From a virus (lineage: Duplodnaviria; Caudoviricetes): a stretch of 31,584 bases of DNA. Under the pieces are notes generated by a model. The model made no database searches. It saw nothing but the letters and a program-made list of their open reading frames with translations, and was not told the DNA's origin. The translations under genes were made by a program, and so were the position numbers. Of this stretch, positions 1 to 8,164 are shown in pieces. The stretch's first letter is position 1. Each line of letters opens with the position of its first letter. Where the stretch lies: positions 1 to 31,584 of IMG/VR virus record IMGVR_UViG_3300023252_000080; one strand, 5' to 3'.

Positions 1-674
1 ACTATCGCCTGAATATCCTGGTAGTGAAAAGCCATGGCCAGCTTGCCCACGACCATCGCGGCCGGCTGGGCCTGGGCCTGGGTTCGGTGGTGGCCAGCAA
101 CCTGCTCGGCCGTTCGCGCCTGGCGCGCCACTTCGAGCGCATCATCCTGCACGACGGGCGGGCCGCGCCGCCGCTCGACGCGCTGACTGACTTCCCCTCA
201 CGCTACCTGCCGCTGGACCTGGCCAACCTGCGCCACGCCCTGCTCGCCTCGGGTTCGATCCCCATGGTCATGCAGGGCGTGAAAGACATCCCCGGCGCAG
301 GCGCCGGCACCTACCGCGACGGCGGCCTGCTCGACTACCACCTCGACCTGCCCTACCGCGGCGACGACCTGGTGCTGTACCCGCACTTCACCGACAAGGT
401 GGTACCGGGCTGGTTCGACAAAGCCTTGCCCTGGCGCAAGGGCGATGCCACCCGCCTGCAGAACGTGCTGCTGATGACCCCTTCGCCGCAGTACCTGGCC
501 GCCCTGCCCTACGGCAAGCTGCCCGACCGCAACGACTTCAAGCGCTTCATGGGCGATACCCCCGGCCGCAAGCGCTATTGGTACAAGGCCATCGCTGAAA
601 GCCAGCGCCTGGGCGACGAGCTGCTGGAGCTGGTCGCCACCGGGCGGCTGCATGAACGCCTGCAAGCCTTGTAA
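1..674 (+). CDS. Patatin-like phospholipase family protein, C-terminal part (host gene, 5' end outside window)
   Basis: Frame is open from position 3 (YRLNILVVK...). Contains ASGSIP and DGG patatin-type motifs. High-GC host codon usage. Confidence 0.75.
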   Translation, partial: YRLNILVVKSHGQLAHDHRGRLGLGLGSVVASNLLGRSRLARHFERIILHDGRAAPPLDALTDFPSRYLPLDLANLRHALLASGSIPMVMQGVKDIPGAGAGTYRDGGLLDYHLDLPYRGDDLVLYPHFTDKVVPGWFDKALPWRKGDATRLQNVLLMTPSPQYLAALPYGKLPDRNDFKRFMGDTPGRKRYWYKAIAESQRLGDELLELVATGRLHERLQAL

Positions 675-727
675 CGGCCATGCTGGTAGACTGCGCGCAT
701 TATTGATTCACACAGAGTTATGACAGC

Positions 728-744
728 GTGGAAATTTTCAAAGA
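728..744 (+). pseudogene. queD: 5' stub of queD (6-carboxytetrahydropterin synthase); probable attL core
   Basis: GTG GAA ATT TTC AAA GA encodes M-E-I-F-K, matching the recalled Pseudomonas QueD N-terminus (MEIFKEF...). The sequence then diverges about 170 bp before the integrase. Confidence 0.55.
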
Positions 745-863
745 TTCCACAGTGGATTCCCGCCGAAAACCGAGCGATACCACAAACAGCCATGACGCCC
801 TGAAACAGGCGTCATTGGCGTATCGCCGCGTACCACGCTGTACCTTCCCAATGACAAAAACGT

Positions 864-910
864 AGTACATCATCCAGTACATCCAACGGACAGCAAGAGG
901 CAATGTACTA
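864..910. repeat. Putative integrase arm-type binding sites
   Basis: Direct repeat AGTACATC at 864-871 and 876-883 plus an inverted copy (AATGTACTA, 902-910) between the putative att core and the int start. Confidence 0.5.
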
Positions 911-2089
911 GTGGCGCTCACGGACACCGCGGCCAGGCAGGCCAAGCCCCGGGAAAAGGGCTACACCCTGGCAGATTCGCTCGGGCTTACGCTGTACATC
1001 GCCGACACCGGCGTGAAGAGCTGGCACTTCAGGTTCACCTGGCTTGGAAAGCAGGCCAGGATTTCGCTTGGGACATACCCAGAGATCGGCTTGAAGGAGG
1101 CGCGTGCGCGGAGGGATGAGGCGCGCGAAGAAGTTGCGCAGGGAATGGACCCGCGCGAATCGAGAAAGGTGAAGAAGGCAGAGCGCCTGGGCGCACAAGA
1201 GAGGACATTCCGCCGCGTCTATGACGAGTGGCTGGAATTCAGGAAGGGAAGCCTGACCGAGACGACGATCAAGATCATTTCGAATGCAATGGAGCTGGAT
1301 GTTCTGCCGGCTTTCGGCCTTCGTCAGATCGACTCCATCAAGAGGTCTGATGTGATCACGCTTATTCGCCGCATTGAGCGCCGAGGCTCGGTGACCACCG
1401 CCGTCAAGACCAGGCAGTGGATGGGCCAGGTTTTCCGGTACGCTATCGCCACCGGGATGATCGAGAACAACCCCACGGCGGAAATGCACACTGTCACCGA
1501 GAAGATGGCACCGCATAAAAACCGGCCCTTCCTCGCCTTCTCTGAAATGCCGACCATCATCAAGGCCATTGAGGAAAGCCAGTCGGGCCTGCAGTTACAG
1601 TGCGCCACCAAGCTGCTCATCCTCACCGTCTGCCGCCCCGCCGAGGTTCGCAAGGCCGAGTGGTCGGAAATCGACCTAGATACCGCGACCTGGTCCATTC
1701 CGGCCGCCAAGATGAAGATGCGCCGCGACCATGTCGTGCCGCTGTCACGCCAGGCGGTCGAGATCCTGCACTTGATGCTGCCGATATCCGGCAACCTGAA
1801 GTACGTGTTCCCGAACCGAACTGACGCTGTCCGGCCGATTGGCATCAACTACGCGGTCAACTTGATGGATCGCTGCGGATACACTGGCCGGCAGTCGCCG
1901 CACGGATTCCGCCACCTGTTCTCTACGGAGATGAACAGCCGCGGCTACAACAAGGACTGGATCGAGCGGCAACTGGCCCACGCCGACAGCAGCGCCATCC
2001 GAGACGTGTACAACCACGCTACATATATAGAGCAGCGCCGGGACATGATGCAGACTTGGGCTGACATGGTTCTGCCAGCAAAAATCTAG
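911..2089 (+). CDS. int: Tyrosine recombinase/integrase, P4-like, with N-terminal arm-DNA-binding domain
   Basis: N-terminal LTDTAARQAKP...GLTLYI...LGTYP arm-binding signature. Catalytic R (CRPAE), HGFR, LAH and Y (VYNHA). Confidence 0.95.
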   Translation: MALTDTAARQAKPREKGYTLADSLGLTLYIADTGVKSWHFRFTWLGKQARISLGTYPEIGLKEARARRDEAREEVAQGMDPRESRKVKKAERLGAQERTFRRVYDEWLEFRKGSLTETTIKIISNAMELDVLPAFGLRQIDSIKRSDVITLIRRIERRGSVTTAVKTRQWMGQVFRYAIATGMIENNPTAEMHTVTEKMAPHKNRPFLAFSEMPTIIKAIEESQSGLQLQCATKLLILTVCRPAEVRKAEWSEIDLDTATWSIPAAKMKMRRDHVVPLSRQAVEILHLMLPISGNLKYVFPNRTDAVRPIGINYAVNLMDRCGYTGRQSPHGFRHLFSTEMNSRGYNKDWIERQLAHADSSAIRDVYNHATYIEQRRDMMQTWADMVLPAKI

Positions 2090-2111
2090 GAATCGGTCTT
2101 GCCGATCGTTA

Positions 2112-2375
2112 TCACTTGGGCGCCCCTGGATGCTCTGGCGGATAATCGCTAAACAAACCCAGCGCCCAGGCTTCCTCGTGCTCAATCAGCGCCCACATCC
2201 TGGCCGCCTCGGCAAGCTCGAGCATGTCGACCAAGGCATCATCGTCGATGTCGCGGCGCCGGCGCGCGGCGTAGGCCATTTCACTGAGCACAGCCGCTCG
2301 CCCATCAGGGTCAGTTACCAGGGCAGTATGGTCATTCAGTTCCGCCACCCAGGCCTGTGGTATTCCCGCCATCAT
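2112..2375 (-). CDS. Prophage hypothetical protein, second gene of LexA-boxed unit
   Basis: ORF overlaps the upstream stop by ATGA (translational coupling). Ends convergent with the integrase. Confidence 0.7.
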   Translation of the reverse strand: MMAGIPQAWVAELNDHTALVTDPDGRAAVLSEMAYAARRRRDIDDDALVDMLELAEAARMWALIEHEEAWALGLFSDYPPEHPGAPK

Positions 2376-2665
2376 ACCGCCCTGCACCACCAGGACTGGG
2401 CGTACAGAATGCCGTCGACTTCCTCAAGTCCGTTGATGTTGATGCCGAGCTGGGCCATGCCGTTGACCTTGGCGTCGTGCAGGCGCGGGATGATGTCGGG
2501 CCCAGGCGTTGGGTTGAACACCCATGCCTGGGTAGATACCCGGCCCAGCGGGTCACTGTGATGGTCGCCGATGTGAATGTCGGCCCGGATGGGTGTGATC
2601 TTGCCGAGCTGATTCGTAGGGATGGCCACGCCATTCACACGGCGGCGAACGAGGAGGAAGTACAT
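2372..2665 (-). CDS. Prophage hypothetical protein (MYFLLVRRR...AQSWWC), SOS-regulated
   Basis: ATG at 2665 lies about 10 bp from a LexA box. The longer 2863 start in the ORF track overlaps another gene. Confidence 0.75.
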   Translation of the reverse strand: MYFLLVRRRVNGVAIPTNQLGKITPIRADIHIGDHHSDPLGRVSTQAWVFNPTPGPDIIPRLHDAKVNGMAQLGININGLEEVDGILYAQSWWCRAV

Positions 2666-2675
2666 AGCGCACCAA

Positions 2676-2695
2676 TACTGTATGGATAAACAGTA
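2676..2695. promoter_or_regulatory. LexA (SOS) box
   Basis: TACTGTATGGATAAACAGTA matches CTG-N10-CAG with the consensus TA flanks. Confidence 0.9.
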
Positions 2696-2738
2696 TCGTA
2701 TAGACGGGATCGGTCGCGGGCAATTGCCGATCAGCGGA

Positions 2739-2963
2739 TCAGTGAAGAAGTGGCAAATCCTTGCCTCTGGCCTTGGCGATGACGCGGAGCTGGTAATCGG
2801 ACACCGCCTGGAACAGCGACTCGGCCAGCAGGCGCAACCGCTCGATCTCTTCCGCCGGCGCACCGCGATCTTGGGCCTGGTGGTACTCCCGCATGGCCTC
2901 GATAGCTTGCTGAATCAGCGGCTCGCCGGCCTCGACCATGCCAATGAAGGTGCGCTTATCCAT
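2739..2963 (-). CDS. Small prophage hypothetical protein (MDKRTFIGMVEAGEP...)
   Basis: 74-aa helical ORF with a purine-rich upstream region. Fills the gap between the SOS unit and the HTH cassette. Confidence 0.7.
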   Translation of the reverse strand: MDKRTFIGMVEAGEPLIQQAIEAMREYHQAQDRGAPAEEIERLRLLAESLFQAVSDYQLRVIAKARGKDLPLLH

Positions 2964-3178
2964 GTCCCCGCCCTGATCAGATGATCAGCGAATTATAGCC
3001 GTGTAGCTGAAGCGAGGCTGGCTTGGCCAGCTAGGCCTTTCCCAGGCCTTCGCGTAGCGAAGATGCGCTTCCCTAGCCCATAACCTGGCACCTCCAGAAT
3101 CCGGCCTCACCGGCGGTCACTTAGAGATCTGGGCCCACTAGCGCCCGCCCTATCCCGGTCCAGCTCATACGTGAAAGT

Positions 3179-3235
3179 AGTGATTTTTATCTTTTTACTA
3201 AATCACTTGAAACGACAGCTCTAATCGGGTTTAAT
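3179..3235 (+). promoter_or_regulatory. Sigma70-type promoter with adjacent inverted-repeat operator for the HTH-peptidase operon
   Basis: TTGAAA(3207-3212)-N17-TTTAAT(3230-3235). Inverted repeat AGTGATTT(3179-3186)/AAATCACT(3200-3207) touches the -35. Confidence 0.6.
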
Positions 3236-3271
3236 CTGGACAGGCTGTAAATCAACGACGGGGAATGCGCG

Positions 3272-3658
3272 ATGTCGCTTACAAAATTCGGGACCCAGGT
3301 TCGGGAGTACCGGCACACGCTCAATATGACCTTGACCACCATGGCTTCTGGCCTCAGTACGTCCTCATCTTTTTTGAGTTCGATGGAGACTGGGCGAACC
3401 AAAATACCAATGGAGTGGGTTGAGAAAATTGCTTCATTTTTCAACGAAAAAGGTTTGAAGGTCTCCAAGGAAATCCTCAAAGCCTTGGCGTGCGAAGACA
3501 ATGAAAGCGTTTGTCTTGAAGGGCTACCACCTCATCAAAAAATGCTGGTTGCCGGGTTTGCAAACTCGGACTTCAACCACGAGCAACTCATGAGACTTGG
3601 AAAGCTTTTGGCTGATATTCACGGGGAGAATGCCAAGAATGGCAGCGACGAACACTGA
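3272..3658 (+). CDS. XRE-family helix-turn-helix protein
   Basis: FGTQVREYR...TLTTMASGLSTSSSFLSSMETGRTKIP is a typical Cro/C1 HTH. GGGGA RBS upstream. Confidence 0.9.
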   Translation: MSLTKFGTQVREYRHTLNMTLTTMASGLSTSSSFLSSMETGRTKIPMEWVEKIASFFNEKGLKVSKEILKALACEDNESVCLEGLPPHQKMLVAGFANSDFNHEQLMRLGKLLADIHGENAKNGSDEH

Positions 3659-4139
3659 GCCCGATTTTGACTACCGCATGCGCGGACAGCGAGTGCACCC
3701 ACTAGCAGCAGAAGACATCAATTTTGTCAGCCAAAGGGTTAAGAAAATCCTGCAGCTAACCAAACGCGGATTCAGCGTTAAAAACGCAGAGCGGACGGTG
3801 GCGAGCTTCGAGCTTTACGGGATCTACATTGATGTAGTTGATGATCGACAATGGTTCGATGCTACTCGCGCCACAGTAGACCCAGCTAGCGGGATGATCT
3901 ATATGCCTCAAAAGCTATATGACCAACTATGTCGTGGAAAGGCAGAAGCCATCAGGATCTTCCTGCACGAAGTAGGTCATATCGTCTTGGGACATAGACC
4001 ACTCCTACACTTTGCTAACGCAGAGAAGAACCCTACCCACATTGAGGACTCAGAATGGCAAGCGGACACCTTTGCGGATGCCCTGCTTGACCTGCTCAAG
4101 CTACCTAAAGAGGACGCTCAGCTGGAATTAAGATTCTGA
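3639..4139 (+). CDS. ImmA/IrrE-family (DUF955/M78) Zn metallopeptidase
   Basis: HEVGH (HExxH) plus downstream EWQADTFA (ExxAxxFA). GGGGAG RBS favours ATG 3639. Overlaps the HTH gene by 20 nt. Confidence 0.9.
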   Translation: MAATNTEPDFDYRMRGQRVHPLAAEDINFVSQRVKKILQLTKRGFSVKNAERTVASFELYGIYIDVVDDRQWFDATRATVDPASGMIYMPQKLYDQLCRGKAEAIRIFLHEVGHIVLGHRPLLHFANAEKNPTHIEDSEWQADTFADALLDLLKLPKEDAQLELRF

Positions 4140-4319
4140 TTAGAAAGCTCCAATCAGAATGGTGGTTGGCTTGCCAACCAAAGAAGTTCTCCACTCGCTT
4201 CTTGCAAACTGACAAGAATTATGCTAGCGAAGCCTCCCTAGACAAGAGCAAAGCTTACGCATCTCTACGTCATTTGTCCAGCCTCGTGAGTAGTGGCCAC
4301 ACCTTTTTGGAGATTCCTT

Positions 4320-4433
4320 ATGGAATATACCGACGAAAGGGGCACCTTCATCCTGCGCTGGAGCCGACGCCTGAAAAATGGTCACGTTCAGCGGGCAGTG
4401 GGCAAGCCCTTCAAGATCTACATCTCGAAGTGA
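4320..4433 (+). CDS. Small basic 37-aa protein MEYTDERGTFILRWSRRLKNGHVQRAVGKPFKIYISK (not in ORF track)
   Basis: GGAG RBS at 4309-4312, ATG 4320, TGA 4431-4433. Same strand as the HTH/peptidase genes and followed by a GC-rich hairpin. Confidence 0.7.
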   Translation: MEYTDERGTFILRWSRRLKNGHVQRAVGKPFKIYISK

Positions 4434-4473
4434 ACCTAGGCTGAACCCATACGCCTTAACGTAGACCATGTGA

Positions 4474-4499
4474 AGCGGCAGCGCCAGGAGCCTGCCGCT
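4474..4499. terminator. Hairpin between convergent small ORF and Rz gene
   Basis: AGCGGCAG...CTGCCGCT inverted repeat; U-tract is weak. Confidence 0.45.
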
Positions 4500-4502
4500 C
4501 AT

Positions 4503-5006
4503 TCATTGTTCTTGTGGTACTAAAGAAGCATACGATGCTTCACATGCCTGCCCCGCTATTCGGGCTTGGTCATAAGCTTTCGCCAGTTCTCCCGCTCGAG
4601 CATCAGCCCGTGCGAGCAGGTCGGAGAGCACCATGGCGGCGCGGGTGGCTGCCTGGCCTCTGGCGATAGCGGCGGTATCCGTGCCGGGGCAACTGACGGT
4701 GGCAGCGAGCTGGGTGGCGTCACTGCGCAGCCGCTGACCAGCAGCATCGGCGCCAGCAGCGCCAGCATCAGCAATCGTTCTTTCTTCATGGGCTTTTACC
4801 CTCGCCTCTTGCTGCGCATCTGCGCTCCGGTGTTCTTCCTGGCGCGCCGATCGTTCGCCAATTATTTCCGCCAGTCGATCGCCGCTGTCCCGCTTCGCTG
4901 ATTGCTGGCCGGCCCGGGCAAGCTCCACTGAACGTCCGTGCTCATAGGCCGTCCAGTGGGAGACCAATAGCACCAGCACTGCAGCGCACCCAACCCAAGG
5001 GCTCAT
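4503..5006 (-). CDS. Rz-like i-spanin (DUF2514-like)
   Basis: N-terminal hydrophobic anchor, Ala-rich coiled coil and C-terminal AGQACE. Directly downstream of the endolysin. Confidence 0.85.
   Translation of the reverse strand: MSPWVGCAAVLVLLVSHWTAYEHGRSVELARAGQQSAKRDSGDRLAEIIGERSARQEEHRSADAQQEARVKAHEERTIADAGAAGADAAGQRLRSDATQLAATVSCPGTDTAAIARGQAATRAAMVLSDLLARADARAGELAKAYDQARIAGQACEASYASLVPQEQ
4556..4789 (-). CDS. Rz1-like o-spanin lipoprotein embedded in Rz
   Basis: Alternate frame inside Rz. Basic N-terminus, hydrophobic stretch, lipobox LVSG-C, Pro-rich mature part. Confidence 0.75.
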   Translation of the reverse strand: MKKERLLMLALLAPMLLVSGCAVTPPSSLPPSVAPARIPPLSPEARQPPAPPWCSPTCSHGLMLERENWRKLMTKPE

Positions 5007-5452
5007 GAAGCCAGGGCCCGCCGCACGCCCTCGTCGATCACCTCGGCCTTGTAGGGGTTGCCCCCGTTCTCGTGTACGATGATGCCCACCACAGCCTCAC
5101 GCAGCACCTGCGGCTTAGAGATGTCGATCGAATCGCGAACGCCTACGCCGAGGCGCTTCGCGATGGCCTGGGCATAAGCCAAGGTGTTGTTCTCACTGGC
5201 CGGCGCCCAGCGGCTGATGAACTCCAGCGGGGTATCGATACCAGGGCGGCCCACGCCGGGCATGCCGTCCTTGCCGCGGTAGTTGAGCAGCAGCTTCCCC
5301 AAGGCTCGAATGCCGTTCTCGGCCTGGTCAAAGCGGGCGAAACGCGGGCTGGCCACGCCGACCTCCAAGCCGAGCTGGCCCTGCCAAGCGTTACGGGGAT
5401 TGAAATCGATGTTGCCGGGATTCCGGTTGCGGACGCCGCGTGGTGTAGACAT
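5003..5452 (-). CDS. Endolysin / lytic transglycosylase-like protein
   Basis: PRGVRNRNPGNI, RWAPASENNT and HENG motifs. Precedes Rz/Rz1. Confidence 0.8.
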   Translation of the reverse strand: MSTPRGVRNRNPGNIDFNPRNAWQGQLGLEVGVASPRFARFDQAENGIRALGKLLLNYRGKDGMPGVGRPGIDTPLEFISRWAPASENNTLAYAQAIAKRLGVGVRDSIDISKPQVLREAVVGIIVHENGGNPYKAEVIDEGVRRALAS

Positions 5453-5466
5453 AGTTTCTCCAGACG

Positions 5467-5530
5467 AAAAAAAGCCCGCACATGGCGGGCTGCTTGAATT
5501 TTGGGCACAAAAAAACCGCCCACGGCGGCT
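5467..5530 (-). terminator. Two tandem intrinsic terminators upstream of the endolysin
   Basis: AGCCCGCCATGTGCGGGC-T7 and GCCGCCGTGGGCGG-T7 on the minus strand. Confidence 0.75.
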
Positions 5531-5548
5531 ACTTTGTCCAGGTCTCGC

Positions 5549-6295
5549 CTACACGATGATCCCGAGTCGGGCCATGCGCTTGCGCATTGATGCTGCAACC
5601 GCAGCTACCTCATCGTCTGTGAGCAGATCCGAATAGATCGCGACGTGGCTGATATCGGTCTCACCCAAAAAGGTGGAGGCATAGGTTCCGCCAATGCGAA
5701 GTGGCACAGTCGTAACCAGGCGAGAGGTCGCAAGGGACTGGTTTGCGAACTGGCCGGAGGTCAGGTTGGAGACTCTGCTGCCACCAGCCGAGGAGGTTCG
5801 CAGCATTCGAATCCCCCAAACTGTCGGATTATCGGCCATGTTGGCCTGCCCAGTGGTATATCCATCACCTGCCGCATTCATCCGGTTAGCATTCCCCGTC
5901 AGCGTGGTATCGGTTGTATGGTACAGAGCGATACCGCCTGGCAGCGTCGGGTTGGCCGTCGCACCTGAAAGTGTTGCGACGTATGGTGCTGCAGTAGTTG
6001 TGCTAGATCCACCGAGTGGGCCTGGTACTTTGCCTACCACCAAAATGGTCATCGACGCGGTTTCGGGAATAAGGGTTTCCAGGTAATTGACACCACCTTT
6101 GAAGCGCGCATGCGTCGCGAAAACAGTCGGCTGGCCAATCATCCTGGCATTGCCTTTTTGGGGGGCTCGGTTGTATCCAATACGCTCCAGTGCAGTATCA
6201 AAGCAAAACCAACCTTCCAACGCCCGCGTCACGGGCGGAATAGTTTTGGTATACCAAGGCGCCAGCGCGCCAGGAGAGGTGAGCTTCAGTCCCAT
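5549..6295 (-). CDS. Tail spike-associated protein, probable concanavalin/LamG-like beta-sandwich
   Basis: Beta-rich sequence ending PLRIGG...GETDISHVAIYSDLLTDDEV, a LamG-like C-terminal pattern. Follows the spike gene. Confidence 0.6.
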   Translation of the reverse strand: MGLKLTSPGALAPWYTKTIPPVTRALEGWFCFDTALERIGYNRAPQKGNARMIGQPTVFATHARFKGGVNYLETLIPETASMTILVVGKVPGPLGGSSTTTAAPYVATLSGATANPTLPGGIALYHTTDTTLTGNANRMNAAGDGYTTGQANMADNPTVWGIRMLRTSSAGGSRVSNLTSGQFANQSLATSRLVTTVPLRIGGTYASTFLGETDISHVAIYSDLLTDDEVAAVAASMRKRMARLGIIV

Positions 6296-6305
6296 TTTTT
6301 CTTCC

Positions 6306-8108
6306 TTAAATCAGATTGAGTTTTGCAGCGGCAATGTATGGAGCGATACCCTGAAAGAGCCGCGCTCGGTTCGCGCCGATTGGGTGAGTGTTATCGCTGA
6401 TCTCTGCGGTGCCGAATCCCGTCACAGGATCGAGGGTGACTGTTCCCGTCTTGTAGCCAGTCTCTGGGTTAGCGAAAGTCCACGATGGCACCAATATGTT
6501 CTTGGAGTCGCCGAGAGCGTTAAGGTTGGTCATCACAGCCCGGATCATCGGCACATAGCGATCAGTCCACTGGCTGTTCCGGGTTTTTTGGAACGGAAGA
6601 CCAGGCAGACCACGAAGGATCTTCACGTCAGGCCATGCGGCCCGGATTCGCTGCATCATCAGCTTCTCGTTATCGAGAATGTATGCACCTAGCGCCGCCG
6701 CGTTTGTCACTTGAATGAAGTCGTTCATGCCCAGCATGTAGACGATGATGTCAGGCGTAGGGAGCGAGAACCGGCTCTGATAGAAAGCGAAGTCCAGTAC
6801 ATACCCGTTCCGCACGATCGCGGGGTCATCAGAACCCGTAGCCAAGCGGATAAACGGGTTTCGATCACGCCGAGGGATCTTCGCCAACGCCAGATACTCA
6901 GCTTCCCCGCCTGGCGCGACTGGAATGGTGATGGAGCTGACATCTGCATAGGTGTAGTTGCCAGTCGTGTACCCCTCCCGGCATTCGCCCATTGGGCCAC
7001 TGGCGTCGATTGGGTTCTCTGGGTCAGTAGATCCTGGCATGGTGCCAATGAAGTTCGCCGAGAAACCGGCCGCCTCAAGAGAGCTCTTGAGAAACTGAGC
7101 ACCTTGCCGGTTTGAGATGCTGTCGCCGATAATCAGAATGTTCGGTGCCCCGCCCGGGAAAGGACCGGATGGAAGCTCGATCATGGAGAGGTCCATGATG
7201 TGGTGAGTCAGCGCATTGTTTGGGTCTCGAAGCTTGAGCCTGGCTTTAGCCCCAAACTTTCCGGCCTCAACGACCAGCTCTCGGGTGGAACTGCTTGATT
7301 CTGGCGTGGTATCACTGGCAATCGACGCTACGACCCCAACTCCATCTGCCCTAGGTGCGATCATGCTACTGACATCTAGGTGTAATGGCACGCCAGGCGC
7401 AGTTACAACTTTTTGAGCAAAGTAGGCGCCACCGCCTAGAGGATCGGACGGCGTAGGCGCGATCGCCCCTGGCTCCTCGCCTGGATCATCAAGACGCTGA
7501 AAGATGTTGTCTTCCTGATCGACTACGTACATACCAGGGAGCGTGGTGTTACCTATCATCAGCGGGCCTAGGCTGATTCCGACCGAGTCCGCATGAAGCA
7601 GCGCATCCGCCTCTTGCCCGTAGATGCCTGAACCTGGGGTGTCGATTGAAGACTCCAGCGAAGGAGAGCGGGTACGGAACGGGGTGATAAGAAGGAACTC
7701 GCCACTCTCTTCATCCGTTAGACTCAACGCAGCCTCTTCCGACGCAACCGGCATCTGAGGAACGCCCGCTATCAGTAAGTTGACCTCTTTGATAGCTTCA
7801 GCACTGGGATAGGTTTTGAGATACACCGCTGTGCCGCCGACGTTCCGGTACACATCGACGTACTCGTCTTGTGCGCTGGAAAGAACGCTGAAACTCGTGC
7901 CGTCTACCGTGCTTGCAATTCCCTGCTCCACGGTTGTGTACGGAAGAGCTCCCCCAAGCTGAGTTGCCAGGTTGGTCATCACCATTGAATTCGTTGGCCG
8001 CATTACGCCGCCGCCAACGTCAATCATCTTCACTTCGGGCGACAGCAGTAGCTCGTTCGTCGTCCCGACAATCCGGTCCAGCTCCTGAAGGGTGTCTTGG
8101 CCGCTCAT
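6306..8108 (-). CDS. Tail fibre/spike with C-terminal SGNH/GDSL hydrolase domain
   Basis: Start MSGQDTLQ at 8108 after a GAGGA RBS. Contains ILIIGDSIS (block I), LGMND (block III) and DNTHP (DxxH). Confidence 0.8.
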   Translation of the reverse strand: MSGQDTLQELDRIVGTTNELLLSPEVKMIDVGGGVMRPTNSMVMTNLATQLGGALPYTTVEQGIASTVDGTSFSVLSSAQDEYVDVYRNVGGTAVYLKTYPSAEAIKEVNLLIAGVPQMPVASEEAALSLTDEESGEFLLITPFRTRSPSLESSIDTPGSGIYGQEADALLHADSVGISLGPLMIGNTTLPGMYVVDQEDNIFQRLDDPGEEPGAIAPTPSDPLGGGAYFAQKVVTAPGVPLHLDVSSMIAPRADGVGVVASIASDTTPESSSSTRELVVEAGKFGAKARLKLRDPNNALTHHIMDLSMIELPSGPFPGGAPNILIIGDSISNRQGAQFLKSSLEAAGFSANFIGTMPGSTDPENPIDASGPMGECREGYTTGNYTYADVSSITIPVAPGGEAEYLALAKIPRRDRNPFIRLATGSDDPAIVRNGYVLDFAFYQSRFSLPTPDIIVYMLGMNDFIQVTNAAALGAYILDNEKLMMQRIRAAWPDVKILRGLPGLPFQKTRNSQWTDRYVPMIRAVMTNLNALGDSKNILVPSWTFANPETGYKTGTVTLDPVTGFGTAEISDNTHPIGANRARLFQGIAPYIAAAKLNLI

Positions 8109-8124
8109 CAAAATCTTCCTCAAT

Positions 8125-8148
8125 AAAAAGCCCGCACGGGGCGGGCTT
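8125..8148 (-). terminator. Intrinsic terminator between tail-tip gene and spike gene
   Basis: AAGCCCGCCCCGTGCGGGCTTTT on the minus strand. Confidence 0.65.
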
Positions 8149-8164
8149 GGTAACTGCTGCGGCG

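Noticed and set aside
3272-3658. HTH gene as the prophage CI repressor
   Set aside because: It lies beside the lysis genes with no divergent cro and no S24 peptidase domain, so it fits an accessory cassette better. A role in prophage control is not fully excluded.
4166-4502. 92-aa ORFs on either strand (4166-4444 +, 4224-4502 -)
   Set aside because: No convincing RBS or protein-like features. The 37-aa ORF at 4320-4433 has much better translation signals.
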